Below are positions 29,475 to 41,640 of a stretch of DNA of 64,000 nt, one piece after another (positions within the stretch are counted from its first letter, which is position 1; each line of letters opens with the position of its first letter). The position numbers and the translations under genes are program-made. The DNA comes from Zootoca vivipara. Its lineage: Eukaryota. Under the pieces are notes generated by a model, which was given only the letters and a program-made list of their open reading frames with translations, was not told where the DNA came from and did no database searches. The stretch lies in NCBI RefSeq assembly GCF_963506605.1, contig NC_083276.1, positions 45,880,001 through 45,944,000 of the forward strand, given 5' to 3'.

Positions 29475-30567
29475 TGCTGTGGTGCTGCGTCAGTGGGGGA
29501 GGGCACAACCGTTCCCGCCTTTCCTTGCCACTCCCTGCGATGTGGGCAGTCTCTGACGAGATGCTGGGGGGAGTTGCAGAGAAAGCAATTCCCACCCCTT
29601 CCCTCCTTGCGTCTTGGCGCCGCTGGGGTTTGAAAAGCCCGCGCGCGCGCGCGCTATCAATCTGCATGGGTTCCTGGTCCTGGCTGGCCCCAGGCGTGGC
29701 TTGAAAGGGTTGTTGGGGGAGTGGCTTCTCCTGCGACCGTGGGAACCAAGCCCGCTTTGCGCGCGTTGCTTGCTTGTCGCTCCACCGGGATTCCTGTCTC
29801 ACCCCCACCGCCAGAGCCGCTTTGCTCAGCTGATCCATATTACTGGGCTTTGGACCTCTCGAGAGCTCATCCTTCACCTCCTCATGCAACCCCAAGTAGA
29901 ACGCCGCTTGCATTGGGGGTGACTCCAGTTCCCACCCCAATCTGTGCACCAGCATGGTGAATTTCGCCCAATACGCGCGAACTGTCATATTTCCTTGGCG
30001 TAAATTATGAAGTTCCTCCTTAGTCTGGTCCATATGACTATCGGACGAATACATCGTTTTCAAACCTTCTAGAAATAGTTTGACATTCTTCATGCAAGGA
30101 TTCTTTGTTGCGATTAACGGTCTTAGCCACTCCCTGGCTGCCCCGGTAAGGTGCTCCACAATAAACGCTACCCTGTGCTCATCATCAGGGAACTCATCGT
30201 GGTGCAGCTCAAGAGCATACACAATCTCAGTCTCAAAGCCCTGATATTCCCTCGGGTCTCCATTGAACTTGCTTACTAGGGTCCCGGCTCTCCTTCCTGG
30301 CAGCACTTGGACTTGGGGTGCCCCTCCCGCCTTGTTTTTCTCTGCATCCAGCTTGTTTTGGAGGTCTACCGCCACCGCCCTTAATTCCTGCTCTCTTTCC
30401 TGTAGCGCTCTCACCTGTTCCGCAAGTTGTAGCCGGTCGTCCTGGACCTTCTTAGTCTCTTCTTTAGCTGCCTTCAATTCCCCCTGCGCCTGCAGCGACA
30501 GCTGCTGCAGTTCTTGCTGGGCTTGCTCCGCGATCTGCCGCCATCTCTCCGCCTCTGACACGCTCAT
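29338..30567 (-). CDS. gag: Gypsy Gag (coiled coil, CA, CCHC knuckle); one frameshift in the (GC)n run at ~29640-29653
   Basis: KFNGDP, LTGAAREW, LRQGNMTV..Y, EPMQID; removing one GC unit restores CFLCNSPQHLVRDC. Confidence 0.85.
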
Positions 30568-30610
30568 CCCGGCAACTCCAAAGTAGCCCAAAAAAGGATT
30601 CGGAGGTTGC

Positions 30611-31038
30611 TGTCACAGTGGCCGGAGTGGGCTACTTCAGAGTAACGACGCTACGCAGCTCTGCATTTTATTCTTTTATTGGTGCTGCGTATTTACAGTG
30701 CTGAAGTCATTGCTATTTACACGGAGTGATGTGGTCAGTCGGTTCCAGAACCTCCGAATGGCTTTTGGCGCGTCTTTCTCCAACACAAAAGCTTTGGCAG
30801 ACCCATCCTCTTTCCCCTCCTCTTTCTGCGTAATTCCGGAGTTGGGGGGATGGGTCTCCCCCCCTTATTCGCCCCTTCCTGTCCCACCTGGGACCCTGGC
30901 TCCTCTACCTTGCCTGAGCCTCGGACACGACTTCCTGCTTCCCCATTGGAATCGGAACTCTCTCTGCTTTCCCCTGTGCTCGGGGATGGGCTTGAACTCA
31001 GGAGGGGAGGGACTTCGCGATATCCCCTGTCCCTCACA
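30611..31038 (-). repeat. Gypsy 5' LTR
   Basis: Direct repeat; AATAAA on - strand near 30675. Confidence 0.95.
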
Positions 31039-31824
31039 CTTGTGATTAGCAATGGGTGAGAATTCCATTCTAATCGAACAGAAGAACTGCTTTTGCTGCA
31101 GTTTGCAAATTTGTCTTGTGCCTTTCATGTAAATGCTATCAGCATTTGTTGCTACTTTTTGTTGCTGTTTTGTTTTTTTAAAAAAGTTCAGCAAAGTTTA
31201 TAACATCCTGAACAGTAATGAAATAACATCTATTCATCAGTTTATACCTCAGCACTAGTGGGAGTTGAATACTTTGTATAGGCCTCCTGGAGTTTCATCA
31301 CTTGGAGATGCCATAGTTAACAGCTTAATATGTGTGGCCCAGGGATGTCAGTAAGTCAGTCAATTTTATTACAGCAAGAGCCAGCAATACAAAACAATAC
31401 AACTCCAAACAACAGATCAGCAATATCATCATCGGAGGGCAGGACAAATTTGTCCTGGCCCAGGGATGTAATGAACCCTGGAATCTGTTCTCATATACCC
31501 TGGCTCAGAGATGTGCCCCTGTTTTTCAATGAGCTCATTGGTTGAGCCAGTGGGAAATGGGAGGCCCCACATCATCATGATGGAGGATGGGGGCCATCCC
31601 AAGTGTTGTGTTGGCATCCAACATTATTATTACTATTAATAATTTCATTTCTAGAATAATTTATATTTTTTAAGAAAAATGTCTTGAAGCATTTTACAAC
31701 CTACAATAAAATATCAAATACAACAATCCAGAATAAAATATTACAGAAAAAAAAAATATAAAGTATACATTCAACACAACATAGCTAACAGGAAACTAAA
31801 ATATTATCTTAAACATTGACAAAT

Positions 31825-32040
31825 GACTAGTTACAGGTAGGTAGCCGTGTTGGTCTGACATAGTCGAAACAAAATAAAAAAATTCCTTCCAGCAGCACCT
31901 TTTGTTGTTGTTTAGTCGTTTAGTCATGTCCGACTCTTCGTGGCAGCACCTTAGACACCAACTAAGTTTGTCATTGGTATGAGCTTTCGTGTGCATGCTC
32001 TCTAAGGTGCTGCTGGAAGGAATTTTTTTATTTTGTTTTG
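31825..32040. mobile_element. Miniature Penelope-derived insertion with inverted end, containing a 41-bp BovB tail
   Basis: TSD ATTGACAAAT (31815-31824, 32041-32050); homology to 47621-47698 and 48630-48706; inner TSD GCAGCACCTT. Confidence 0.7.
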
Positions 32041-33363
32041 ATTGACAAATCAAACATTACAAAGGAGGTCAAGTACAGAATGCACATTTAACAAAACAAA
32101 GTTAACCTCAAATAATCTTAAGATTTCAAAAGAAAACATTACTAAACAAAGTCAAATATAAAATGCACATTTTAAAACAGTATTATTAGCGAGAGAATAA
32201 ACCATTATCCTAAGCATAGTACCTATCTGCTGCAGTTGTTGGTAATACTGCTCATGGTGGTTCATTAGGAAGCTCAGGCTCGATGACCTGGGTCTGCACT
32301 AAGAGACAGCCAAGATGGTCTCTGGCCTCTTCAGCAGCCTCAGTTTTTGTAGCTGGACTCATAACTACAACACAACTAAAGTAGTCATAAACAATAAAGA
32401 AAACATAAAAAATATGCAACCAAACTGAACAATTTCCACATAAAATCACAAGATCTAAAATAAAGATTCAAAAAACCAGCAACAGCAGCAACCACCACCC
32501 CTCCCAACAAAATCCGGCAAACGACACCCCAGCCCAAGGGGGTGTTCACCAGTCTCAGCTTTTGTTGCTGAAATCAGTCAGGGCCCCTTCCTCCTAGGTC
32601 AGGTGGGGAAAGGCTGCAAGGCAGGGAACAGGTTTTCCTGGACTCACAGGCAAGAGTCACAGCCCTTGGGTTGAGGGGCAGCTGCCCTCTATGCCCTGCA
32701 TGTTTGTTGGTGGGGCAAGGAGTGAGCCACCTCAAAATGAGTAGACACATTGGAGAATTTTGAATGTGAGCCTTGTCATGGACCAGGTGGACAAGTAAGG
32801 ACTTCCCATAATTTGTTTAAAAAACACCTTCATTTAAATTTATAGCATTTGATACAAACTACTCCAACCTACATCTAATATCTTGTAAATTTATGAGATC
32901 TACGGATTTAGGGTGTTATACAAATTTAATAAAATAATAATAATTAAAAATTCCCTCTTCGCCTTACCTGCTATTGCTGCATATTGCTGGCCAAATCTCT
33001 GTAGAGCAGGCAACTTGCTGTTCATACATCCTGCTTCCAGCCCTCCAGTGGCACAAGAAATACTATATCTATACCAAATTTGTTCGTGACAAGGCCATAG
33101 GAACTCTGACTAAGTATTCTTCCATTGCTCTGCACTCAGTTCCCATGATTACCTGACACTATGGTCCTCATCTTATCAGCTTCCCACTCGCCTATTCTCT
33201 GTATTCTATTCTGTCCGTAATCACCAAGGCCCGCCCACATTCCAAAGGTTGCTATCATCAGAATCCTCCTCTCTCTATAGGAATCTCCTTCCCATTTTGC
33301 TTTGGGCCCACAACAGGCTATCCCATGGGGTGCCTTAGTGCATTCTTTCACCTGTCAGGGAAG

Positions 33364-35565
33364 ATGACAAGCAATCTTCCCTGGCTGCTGGTGCTGATCT
33401 CATGGAATGTGTTGAGTGAGACTGCAGGTCAGAACCCTCCACAGGGCTATAGGTATGCCTCCTATGAGATTATTGTCCCCAGGAAATTAACCTTCCGATA
33501 TGGACAAAAGCACCACACTATCACTTACTTGCTGCAAATTGAGGGGAAGGGTCACATCGTGAAGCTCAGGAAAAAGAAGAGCTTTGTGCCTAAACATTTC
33601 CCTGTCTTCTCTTACAATAGGGAGGGGGACCTTCAGATGGACTACCCTTTCATCAGAGATGACTGCTTCTACCGCGGCTTTGTAAAAGGCCATCCTGCCT
33701 CTCGAGTCACCCTCAGCACTTGTTTGGGGGGACTCAGGGGTCTGTTGCACTTAGAAAATGGCACCTATGAAATCGAACCTGTTCAGGCATCTGCTACTTC
33801 TCAACATGTGTTGTATAGATTGGAGGAAATGGTGGGTGCTGTACGAATGAGGTGCGGGCTAACAGAGGAAGAGCAAAGACGCCAAGAGGCCATGATCCAA
33901 AGCACAAATAATGTAACAGTTCAAACTGATGCTAGAGGAGATTGGTGGACACACACCAGATACTTGGAGCTTGCCATTGTGATAGATCATGAACGATATG
34001 TCAGGTTTGAAAGAAATGAAAGCCGTATTGCTTTGCAAGTTCTAGATATTATCCATACTGCAAACTCAATATATGAGCCACTTGCTGTTGAGTTGTCTAT
34101 AGCTGGCCTGGAGATATGGTCAGAAAAGAACCTCATGAAAATTAACGACACAATAGAACGAACACTCTTCAATTTTGCCATGTTTGTAAAAGAGTCACTA
34201 AGTAAACATATAGATTTTGATGCTGCTCACTTATTTGTATATAAAAGTTTTGGACATAAAGTTGGATTAGCGTACGTAAGAACAATTTGTCTTGGCCATT
34301 GGGCAACTGGTGTTGAGTCATATATGACTTACAGTTTGTTTGATTTTTCTGTTATATTTGCCCATGAATTAGGACATAATCTTGGAATGAAACATGATGA
34401 AAAATACTGCACTTGTGATCGACATGCTTGTGTTATGGCTGCATACGGAGTAAGCACAGATAAGTTTAGCAACTGCAGTTATAAGGATTACTTCTCAGTA
34501 AGGAACAGACCGTGTTTGTTAGTTCCACTAGACCCTGATCTAATGTATAAATTTGCATACTGTGGAAACAAAGTAGTGGAACACAAAGAGGAATGTGACT
34601 GTGGCTCACCAGAGCAATGCAAGTTGGATCCATGTTGCCAGTCTGATTGCATGTTGAGTCCAAGTGCTGCTTGTGCTTTTGGACAATGCTGTGTTGAGTG
34701 TCAGTATCTTCCAATTCATAAGGTTTGCAGAGAACCGGTCAGCAGTTGTGATCTCCCCGAGTACTGCAATGGGACTTCAGAATGGTGTCCTGAAGATGTT
34801 TATGTACAAGACGGTGCCCCTTGTACTGATGGTGCATATTGCTATCATGGGAATTGCACAACTCACAACGGGCAGTGCAGAATGATATTTGGCAACAAAG
34901 CATCCAGTGCATCAAAGGATTGCTTCAGTGAAATGAATTCTCGAGGTGATCGCTTTGGAAACTGTGGGCTTATACATGACACTTATAAGAAATGTGATAC
35001 TCAGAACATCTTGTGCGGCCGAATCCAGTGTGAAAATGTTGATACAGTACCTTCTTTGGAGGAACACAGAACCATAATTAATACGCCCCTTGGCAATAGG
35101 AAATGCTGGAGCACAGATTACCACGCTGGAATGAAGATACCTGATATTGGAGCAGTGAGAGATGGGACTCCTTGTGGCAAAGAAATGATGTGCATTAATG
35201 CGGAGTGCAAGAGTGTGTCCCTCTTGAAATATGATTGCAATGTCACAAAGTGCCATAATCGAGGAATATGCAACTCTCACAAACATTGTCACTGTGATAA
35301 TGGCTGGGCCCCTCCAGACTGTCTAAACAAAGGTAATGGTGGCAGCATTGACAGTGGACCTCCTCCACCAGGGAATGCTTCACTCCATATTGGCATCATT
35401 ATAGGAATTATAGCAGCAATTGTATTTCTTGTTTTTGCTGTTCTTGGGCTGGGTATTTATTTCCGCAAGTCTCTGAGAGAGCGGTTTGTAAAAAACCCAG
35501 AAAGAACATATGAAGAATATATAAAAGAGAAAGAAAATCCTGTCCCAACTGAATCAGAGAATTGA
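33364..35565 (+). CDS. Intronless ADAM20/21-like, copy 3 (733 aa; alternative in-frame ATG at 33325)
   Basis: Complete domain set, HELGHNLGMKHD. Confidence 0.93.
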   Translation: MTSNLPWLLVLISWNVLSETAGQNPPQGYRYASYEIIVPRKLTFRYGQKHHTITYLLQIEGKGHIVKLRKKKSFVPKHFPVFSYNREGDLQMDYPFIRDDCFYRGFVKGHPASRVTLSTCLGGLRGLLHLENGTYEIEPVQASATSQHVLYRLEEMVGAVRMRCGLTEEEQRRQEAMIQSTNNVTVQTDARGDWWTHTRYLELAIVIDHERYVRFERNESRIALQVLDIIHTANSIYEPLAVELSIAGLEIWSEKNLMKINDTIERTLFNFAMFVKESLSKHIDFDAAHLFVYKSFGHKVGLAYVRTICLGHWATGVESYMTYSLFDFSVIFAHELGHNLGMKHDEKYCTCDRHACVMAAYGVSTDKFSNCSYKDYFSVRNRPCLLVPLDPDLMYKFAYCGNKVVEHKEECDCGSPEQCKLDPCCQSDCMLSPSAACAFGQCCVECQYLPIHKVCREPVSSCDLPEYCNGTSEWCPEDVYVQDGAPCTDGAYCYHGNCTTHNGQCRMIFGNKASSASKDCFSEMNSRGDRFGNCGLIHDTYKKCDTQNILCGRIQCENVDTVPSLEEHRTIINTPLGNRKCWSTDYHAGMKIPDIGAVRDGTPCGKEMMCINAECKSVSLLKYDCNVTKCHNRGICNSHKHCHCDNGWAPPDCLNKGNGGSIDSGPPPPGNASLHIGIIIGIIAAIVFLVFAVLGLGIYFRKSLRERFVKNPERTYEEYIKEKENPVPTESEN

Positions 35566-35704
35566 ACAATTCACTGAATGTGTCAAATAGATGTGCAGGA
35601 AATAATGGACAGTATTATGAAGAGATACATTTAAGTTTCTAAAGTTTTTAAAGCCCTTCTTCATTATATTTGTCTACTAGGCACAACAGGGCAGAACTCT
35701 GCAA

Positions 35705-36868
<1,164 letters not shown>

Positions 36869-37628
36869 ACAATGCACTGAATGCAAATTGGTGTGCATGA
36901 AATAATGGACAGTATTATTCAGAAATACATTTAAGTCTCTAACCTTTTGATTACTCTTAAAAGTTAGGGGTATTTTTTAATTATTTTTTTCAGCTAGGCA
37001 CTACAAACGGGAATTTTTTTTTTTGCAATGTGGTCTATATTCTCTAACTCTCAGATGTATCTTCCTCAAGCCCACAGCAGGAAAGGCATTGGGCAGGAGG
37101 GGCTAAACACTCTGTGAAAGAAAATCCTATTCACAGAGAAATTTACATAGTGATTCTGTTGAAATACCGTAAGTGAGATGCTAACCCTAAGATATGCTGG
37201 CTGTCTAGCAATAATATTGCAGCTGATTGCCTTAGCTACTGAACAGCAGAAACATATGCAGTCTTAGTGATTTCCACCAGTGTAGGATGGGCATTGAAAA
37301 AGGTACTGTGGAAGCAAAAAACATGAATGTTATAATGCAAAAATATACAACCTTACTTATAAGTAGCTTTTCCTTAATCTTTATTTATATGCAGAAGATG
37401 GTGCATAAACACTGAAAGTACAAATGGCAACGTTTTTAATGCAATATAGGTATAAAATTGCTCTGAAGTCAAACAAATGAGATATATTAGTTTTACGAAT
37501 AATTCCTTCAGTAAATCCTCAAGGATGATGATGATGATATTTTTATTATTTATACCCCACCCACTCTGGGCAGCTTACAGCATACATAAAGCATAATAAA
37601 GCATCAAACATTAAAAACTTCCCTATAA

Positions 37629-37826
37629 GGAAAAGGTAAAGCACCCCTGGATGGTTAAGTCCAGTCAAAGGCTACTATGGGGTGCAGTGCTCATTTTGCT
37701 TCAGGCCAAGGGAGCCTGCATTTGTCCACAGTAAGTTTTCCGAGTCGTGTGGCCAGCATGACCAAACCACTTCTGGTGCAACGGGGCACCGTGATGAGTG
37801 CCGGAGTGCATGGAAACACCATTTCC
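37629..37826 (-). mobile_element. Sauria SINE 3' fragment
   Basis: Reverse complement of the 3' half of 39352-39733. Confidence 0.65.
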
Positions 37827-38759
37827 CTATATAACTCTACTGACTTCTGCTATGCCAAGAAGAAGAATGCACAAATTCATTTCAATTACATTTAGTCATG
37901 GAAATAGGCCTGCTGCCTTGGCCCTGCAACAGTGAGTGCCATGGGCATGCCGACATCACTGCGACTTATGCATGTGGCATTGGTATGCCCCATGGCATGC
38001 GTCCGCTGCCGAGTGCAACCTGGGGGGCCCCTTCATTTAAAAATTGGGGTGCCTGGGCACCCAGGGCCCTGCATAGTTGGCACCTATGGAAATAGAAGAA
38101 CTAGAAATATCCGTTTTGAAATCAATTACAATACAATTGAATTTTGAAAAGCAGTGTTGAATTCCCTGGTATTGAAAGTGATTTGTATACATTAATAGTA
38201 TACTGTATAGTTATTGTGAATCTTCAAAGTTGGGTCAAAGTCAATGTGACACATGTAGGTGATTTGATCTTATGAGATTATTCATTGTTAAAAAGCAGGA
38301 ATATGGCACACCAGATTAGTCATAGATAGTGACACTGCAGGAAGAAGGAGTTTACATATTTTTCCCTATGCCTTTTCCTCGTTGACCAAGGCAATTGAGT
38401 GCATTTCTCTGGAAAGGAGCTGCCTGCCTGCCAGTTCCCTTTTGATGTTGATTGTGTGAGTATGCAAGGGAGCAAGGGAGCAGGGCTGGTGGTCCCTGGG
38501 TTGAGCTAGGCAGGTCAATCTGATTTGTACAGTTAGGCTGCGGGGTGTGTACGGCCCTATTAAATACAACCCATGAAATCAGCTCTCGGTAATTGGACTC
38601 GGTAATTTGGGAGGGTGCCATCACTGGCAATGTCAATTTCTTCATTGCCACCAATTGCAATTTGTTGATTGTGGAATGACCTGTAGCATCTTCTCAGAAG
38701 AAATATATCATCATCATCAACAACAACAACAATGATGATTGGATTGCCCTAGCCAATGG

Positions 38760-39120
38760 CTTCCAACATATTAAAAACATAATAAAGCATTATTATTTTT
38801 TAAAAAAAACTTCTCTATATAGGGCTGCCTTTAGATTTCTTCTAAAAGTTGTATAGTTATTTATCTTCTTGACAACTGATGGGAGGGGGTTCCAGAGGGT
38901 GGGCGCCACTACCAAAAAGGCCCTCTGCCTGGTTCCCCACAACTTCACTTTCTTCAGTGAAGGAACTGCTAGAAGGCCCTCGGCGCTGGACCTCAGTGTC
39001 AAGGCTGAACAATGGGGGTGGAGACGCTCCTTTGGGTATATAGGGCTGAGGCCATTTGGGGCTTTAAAGGTCAGCACCAACACTTTGATTTGTGCTTGGA
39101 AACGTAGTGGGAGCCAATCT
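38760..39120 (-). mobile_element. L2 LINE 3' fragment
   Basis: LVLTFKA..GL.P.Y..ERL...RAF.VVAP.LWN.LP ORF2 C-terminal pattern. Confidence 0.7.
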
Positions 39121-39351
39121 GGGAATAATGTTCATTTCGAGAGCATTCAACTTTCTGCAAATGGTAAGGTTTAATGGCTCCCATCTATCAATATCTAGGG
39201 AAGCCTCTTTTTAAAATTTATGTTTGTTATTTTATGTATTTCATTTATGTTTACTGTTACTAGCTGAGGTATATCTCTTGGTGTTAACATACCTAAATAT
39301 TTAACTTATTCAGTACGAATCTAGAATTTATATTGCTTAAGTGAATGGGTA

Positions 39352-39733
39352 GGATGAGGGTGGCACTGTGGTCTAAACCACTAAGCCTCTTGGGCTTGCC
39401 AATGAGAAGGTCAGTGGTTCGAATCCCCGTGACGGGGTGAGCTCCCGTTGCTCGGTCCCAGCTCCTGCCAACCTAGCAGTTCGAAAGCACACAAAAAAGT
39501 GCAAGTCGATAAAGAGGTACCGCTCCAGCGGGAGGTAAACAGTGTTTCCGTGCGCTGCTCTGGTTTCAGTGTTCCATTGCGCCAGAAGTGGCTTAGTCAT
39601 GCTGACCACATGACCCAGAAAAACTGTCCGTGGACAAATGCCGGCTCCCTTGGCCTGTAAAGCGAAATGAGCACCACAACCCAAGAGTTGTCTGCAACTG
39701 GACTTAACTGTCGGGGTCCTTTACCCTTACCTT
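39352..39733 (+). mobile_element. Sauria SINE, full length
   Basis: tRNA-like head with GGTTCGAATCC B box, (ACCTTT)-type tail, 15-bp TSD TTAAGTGAATGGGTA. Confidence 0.9.
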
Positions 39734-39748
39734 TTAAGTGAATGGGTA

Positions 39749-40250
39749 ATTGAATTTTCACCTATTGGCATCAATTCCAATTTGGACCAATTAATCGAGT
39801 ATCTGGGAAGAAGAAGAAGAAGAAGAAGAAGAAGAAGAAGAAGAAGAAGAAGAAGAAGAAGAAGAAGAAGAAGAAGAAGAAGAAGAAGAAGAAGAAAAGG
39901 GGGGGGGAGATCCATTTTGGCAAGGGAGAAGGAAGGACTGCCTGCAATGCTTTGGGCCATGCTGTAAGATCTGCCCCCCCCATGCAAACTGAGAGTGTAA
40001 ATAGGTGAATAGGTCCTATTTCTTAAAGCACAACAGCCTCCACTGTGTCTTCTATTCTCCAAAGGGACACAGACCCTGTGTGGGCACCTGAGATCCCATG
40101 CGCTTTTGCCATGGCTTTTGTCACAATATATTAAAGAGTAAAGGTGAAAGTGGACATCCTTTTCTGCTTCCTCAGGCCAGTGGAAAGAGAGCAGACATAA
40201 TATTGTTCACTTTAACTCTATATAAAGGTGAAACATATATGGTAATACTT
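39749..40250 (-). mobile_element. Degraded L1/Tx1 RT fragment containing the (AAG)n tract
   Basis: Remnants RKGCPLSPLL (~40135-40170) and YSINWSKLELMPI. Confidence 0.5.
39807..39897 (+). repeat. (AAG)n microsatellite, about 30 units
   Basis: Uninterrupted GAA/AAG repeat. Confidence 0.95.
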
Positions 40251-40255
40251 TAATC

Positions 40256-41227
40256 CAGCATGGATAGCTCAATTGGTTAAAGCGTGGTGCTGATAACGCC
40301 AAGGCTGCAAGTTCGATCTTCATATAGGACAGCTGCATATTCCTGGGGTTGAGCTAGATCAGGCATGTCCAACTTCAAGTAGGCTGTGATCTATCCAGTA
40401 TCAAAAACTGGAAATGATCTACCACACTCTCCCATTGTCATTCTTCAACTTAAACATATTATATTTGACAGGGAAACCCAGCCAGATGGGCGGGGGTATA
40501 AATGATGATGATGATAAAAATAATAACAAATTATTACCCCCACACCAGGCCCCTCCCAGGGCCCTTGGCGCATGAAGGAAGCCAACATGCCCCAAAATAT
40601 CCAGTTTCCCCTTTTTCAGACGAAGAGCTCCATGGGAAGAGGGAGTGGTGGCTTACATTCACGTAAACACAGCTAGGCTGGAGCTGGAAAGGTGGGGAAA
40701 GTTCAACATCCACACAGAACTAAGATGGAGAGTGGAGGGGCGTGGGACCTGGCATTTTCTTTCCACAGGAACTGGTAGGAGGGAGGAGGAGTGTCATTGT
40801 CTCTCTTGTGCACCGCCCTTCCCTTTGGCTCCCTCAGCAGCACTGCAGCCCTTGAGGAGCATGTGTGCCTCATTGTTGACCCCTGCCTCCTTGCCCCAGG
40901 AATGCAGCTTGGAGGGGGCAGAGGCAGGCACCTCACATGTTTCTGGGGCCGGCCAACTGACTGGGCATTGGAAAAGCTGGCAGCCAGAGTAGGGCGCTTG
41001 ATGCGGCCGCAAGGAGGCGGAGGCAGCACCTGTGCCAGCCAGTGCTCTCGCTGCAGCGGTGGTGAGCAAGCCTGGCTTAGTGCAGGGCGGCCGCTGGGAG
41101 AGGACGATGGGCAGAGGTGACGAGGCCTTGGTCGTGCTCAACCAAAATCCACCCCGCAATTGACACATTGGACATGTCTGGGCTAAATGATCCTAAGGGT
41201 CCCTACCGATTCTATGATTCTATGATT
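40256..41227 (+). mobile_element. tRNA-derived SINE with CR1-type tail, split by a hAT-like element (40360-41180)
   Basis: A box TAGCTCAATTGG, B box GTTCGATC; tail ATTCTATGATTCTATGAT; insert CAGGCATGTCCAA...TTGGACATGTCTG with degenerate 8-bp TSD. Confidence 0.65.
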
Positions 41228-41640
41228 TCATAAAATCCAGTGGAAATCCAATGTTTCTGAATACTAGTTGATAAGAATCAGAAAAGGGGAAAGCACCTAA
41301 GTCCTAACAGTAGGCTTCCCGGTGGTATCTGTTTGGCCACTTTGGGAAGAAGATGCTGAACTAGATTTGCCTTTCACCTAATATAGCAGGGCTTTTTAAG
41401 TTCTAATGCTCTGTATTTACCCTTTCATGCATTCCCACCCTCCATCTTCCTTCTCCATTCTGTTCCATCAATCAGCTAAGCTCCTCCCACATTCTAAAGG
41501 TAAATCTACGGAGTGTTGCTATGGTCAGAATCATTCTCCTGCTCTAGTTAGCATGCAGCTTTATTTCCACCACCATTACAGACCATGAATGACAGGCATT
41601 AGTACAGCGCTCCAGTGATTTCTTTCACCTCTCAGGGAAA

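Larger units (their letters stand above)
25247..31038 (-). mobile_element. Gypsy/Ty3 chromovirus (Tf1/sushi lineage) LTR retrotransposon, full length
   Basis: 428-bp TG...CA LTRs, 5-bp TSD CTTGT (25242-25246, 31039-31043), order gag-PR-RT-RH-IN-chromodomain, PPT at ~25675-25690. Confidence 0.95.

Noticed and set aside
39727-40062. Poly-L/F/R ORFs
   Set aside because: Translations of the (AAG)n microsatellite
40256-40330. tRNA-like sequence
   Set aside because: Imperfect stems and a CR1-type tail indicate a SINE head, not a tRNA gene
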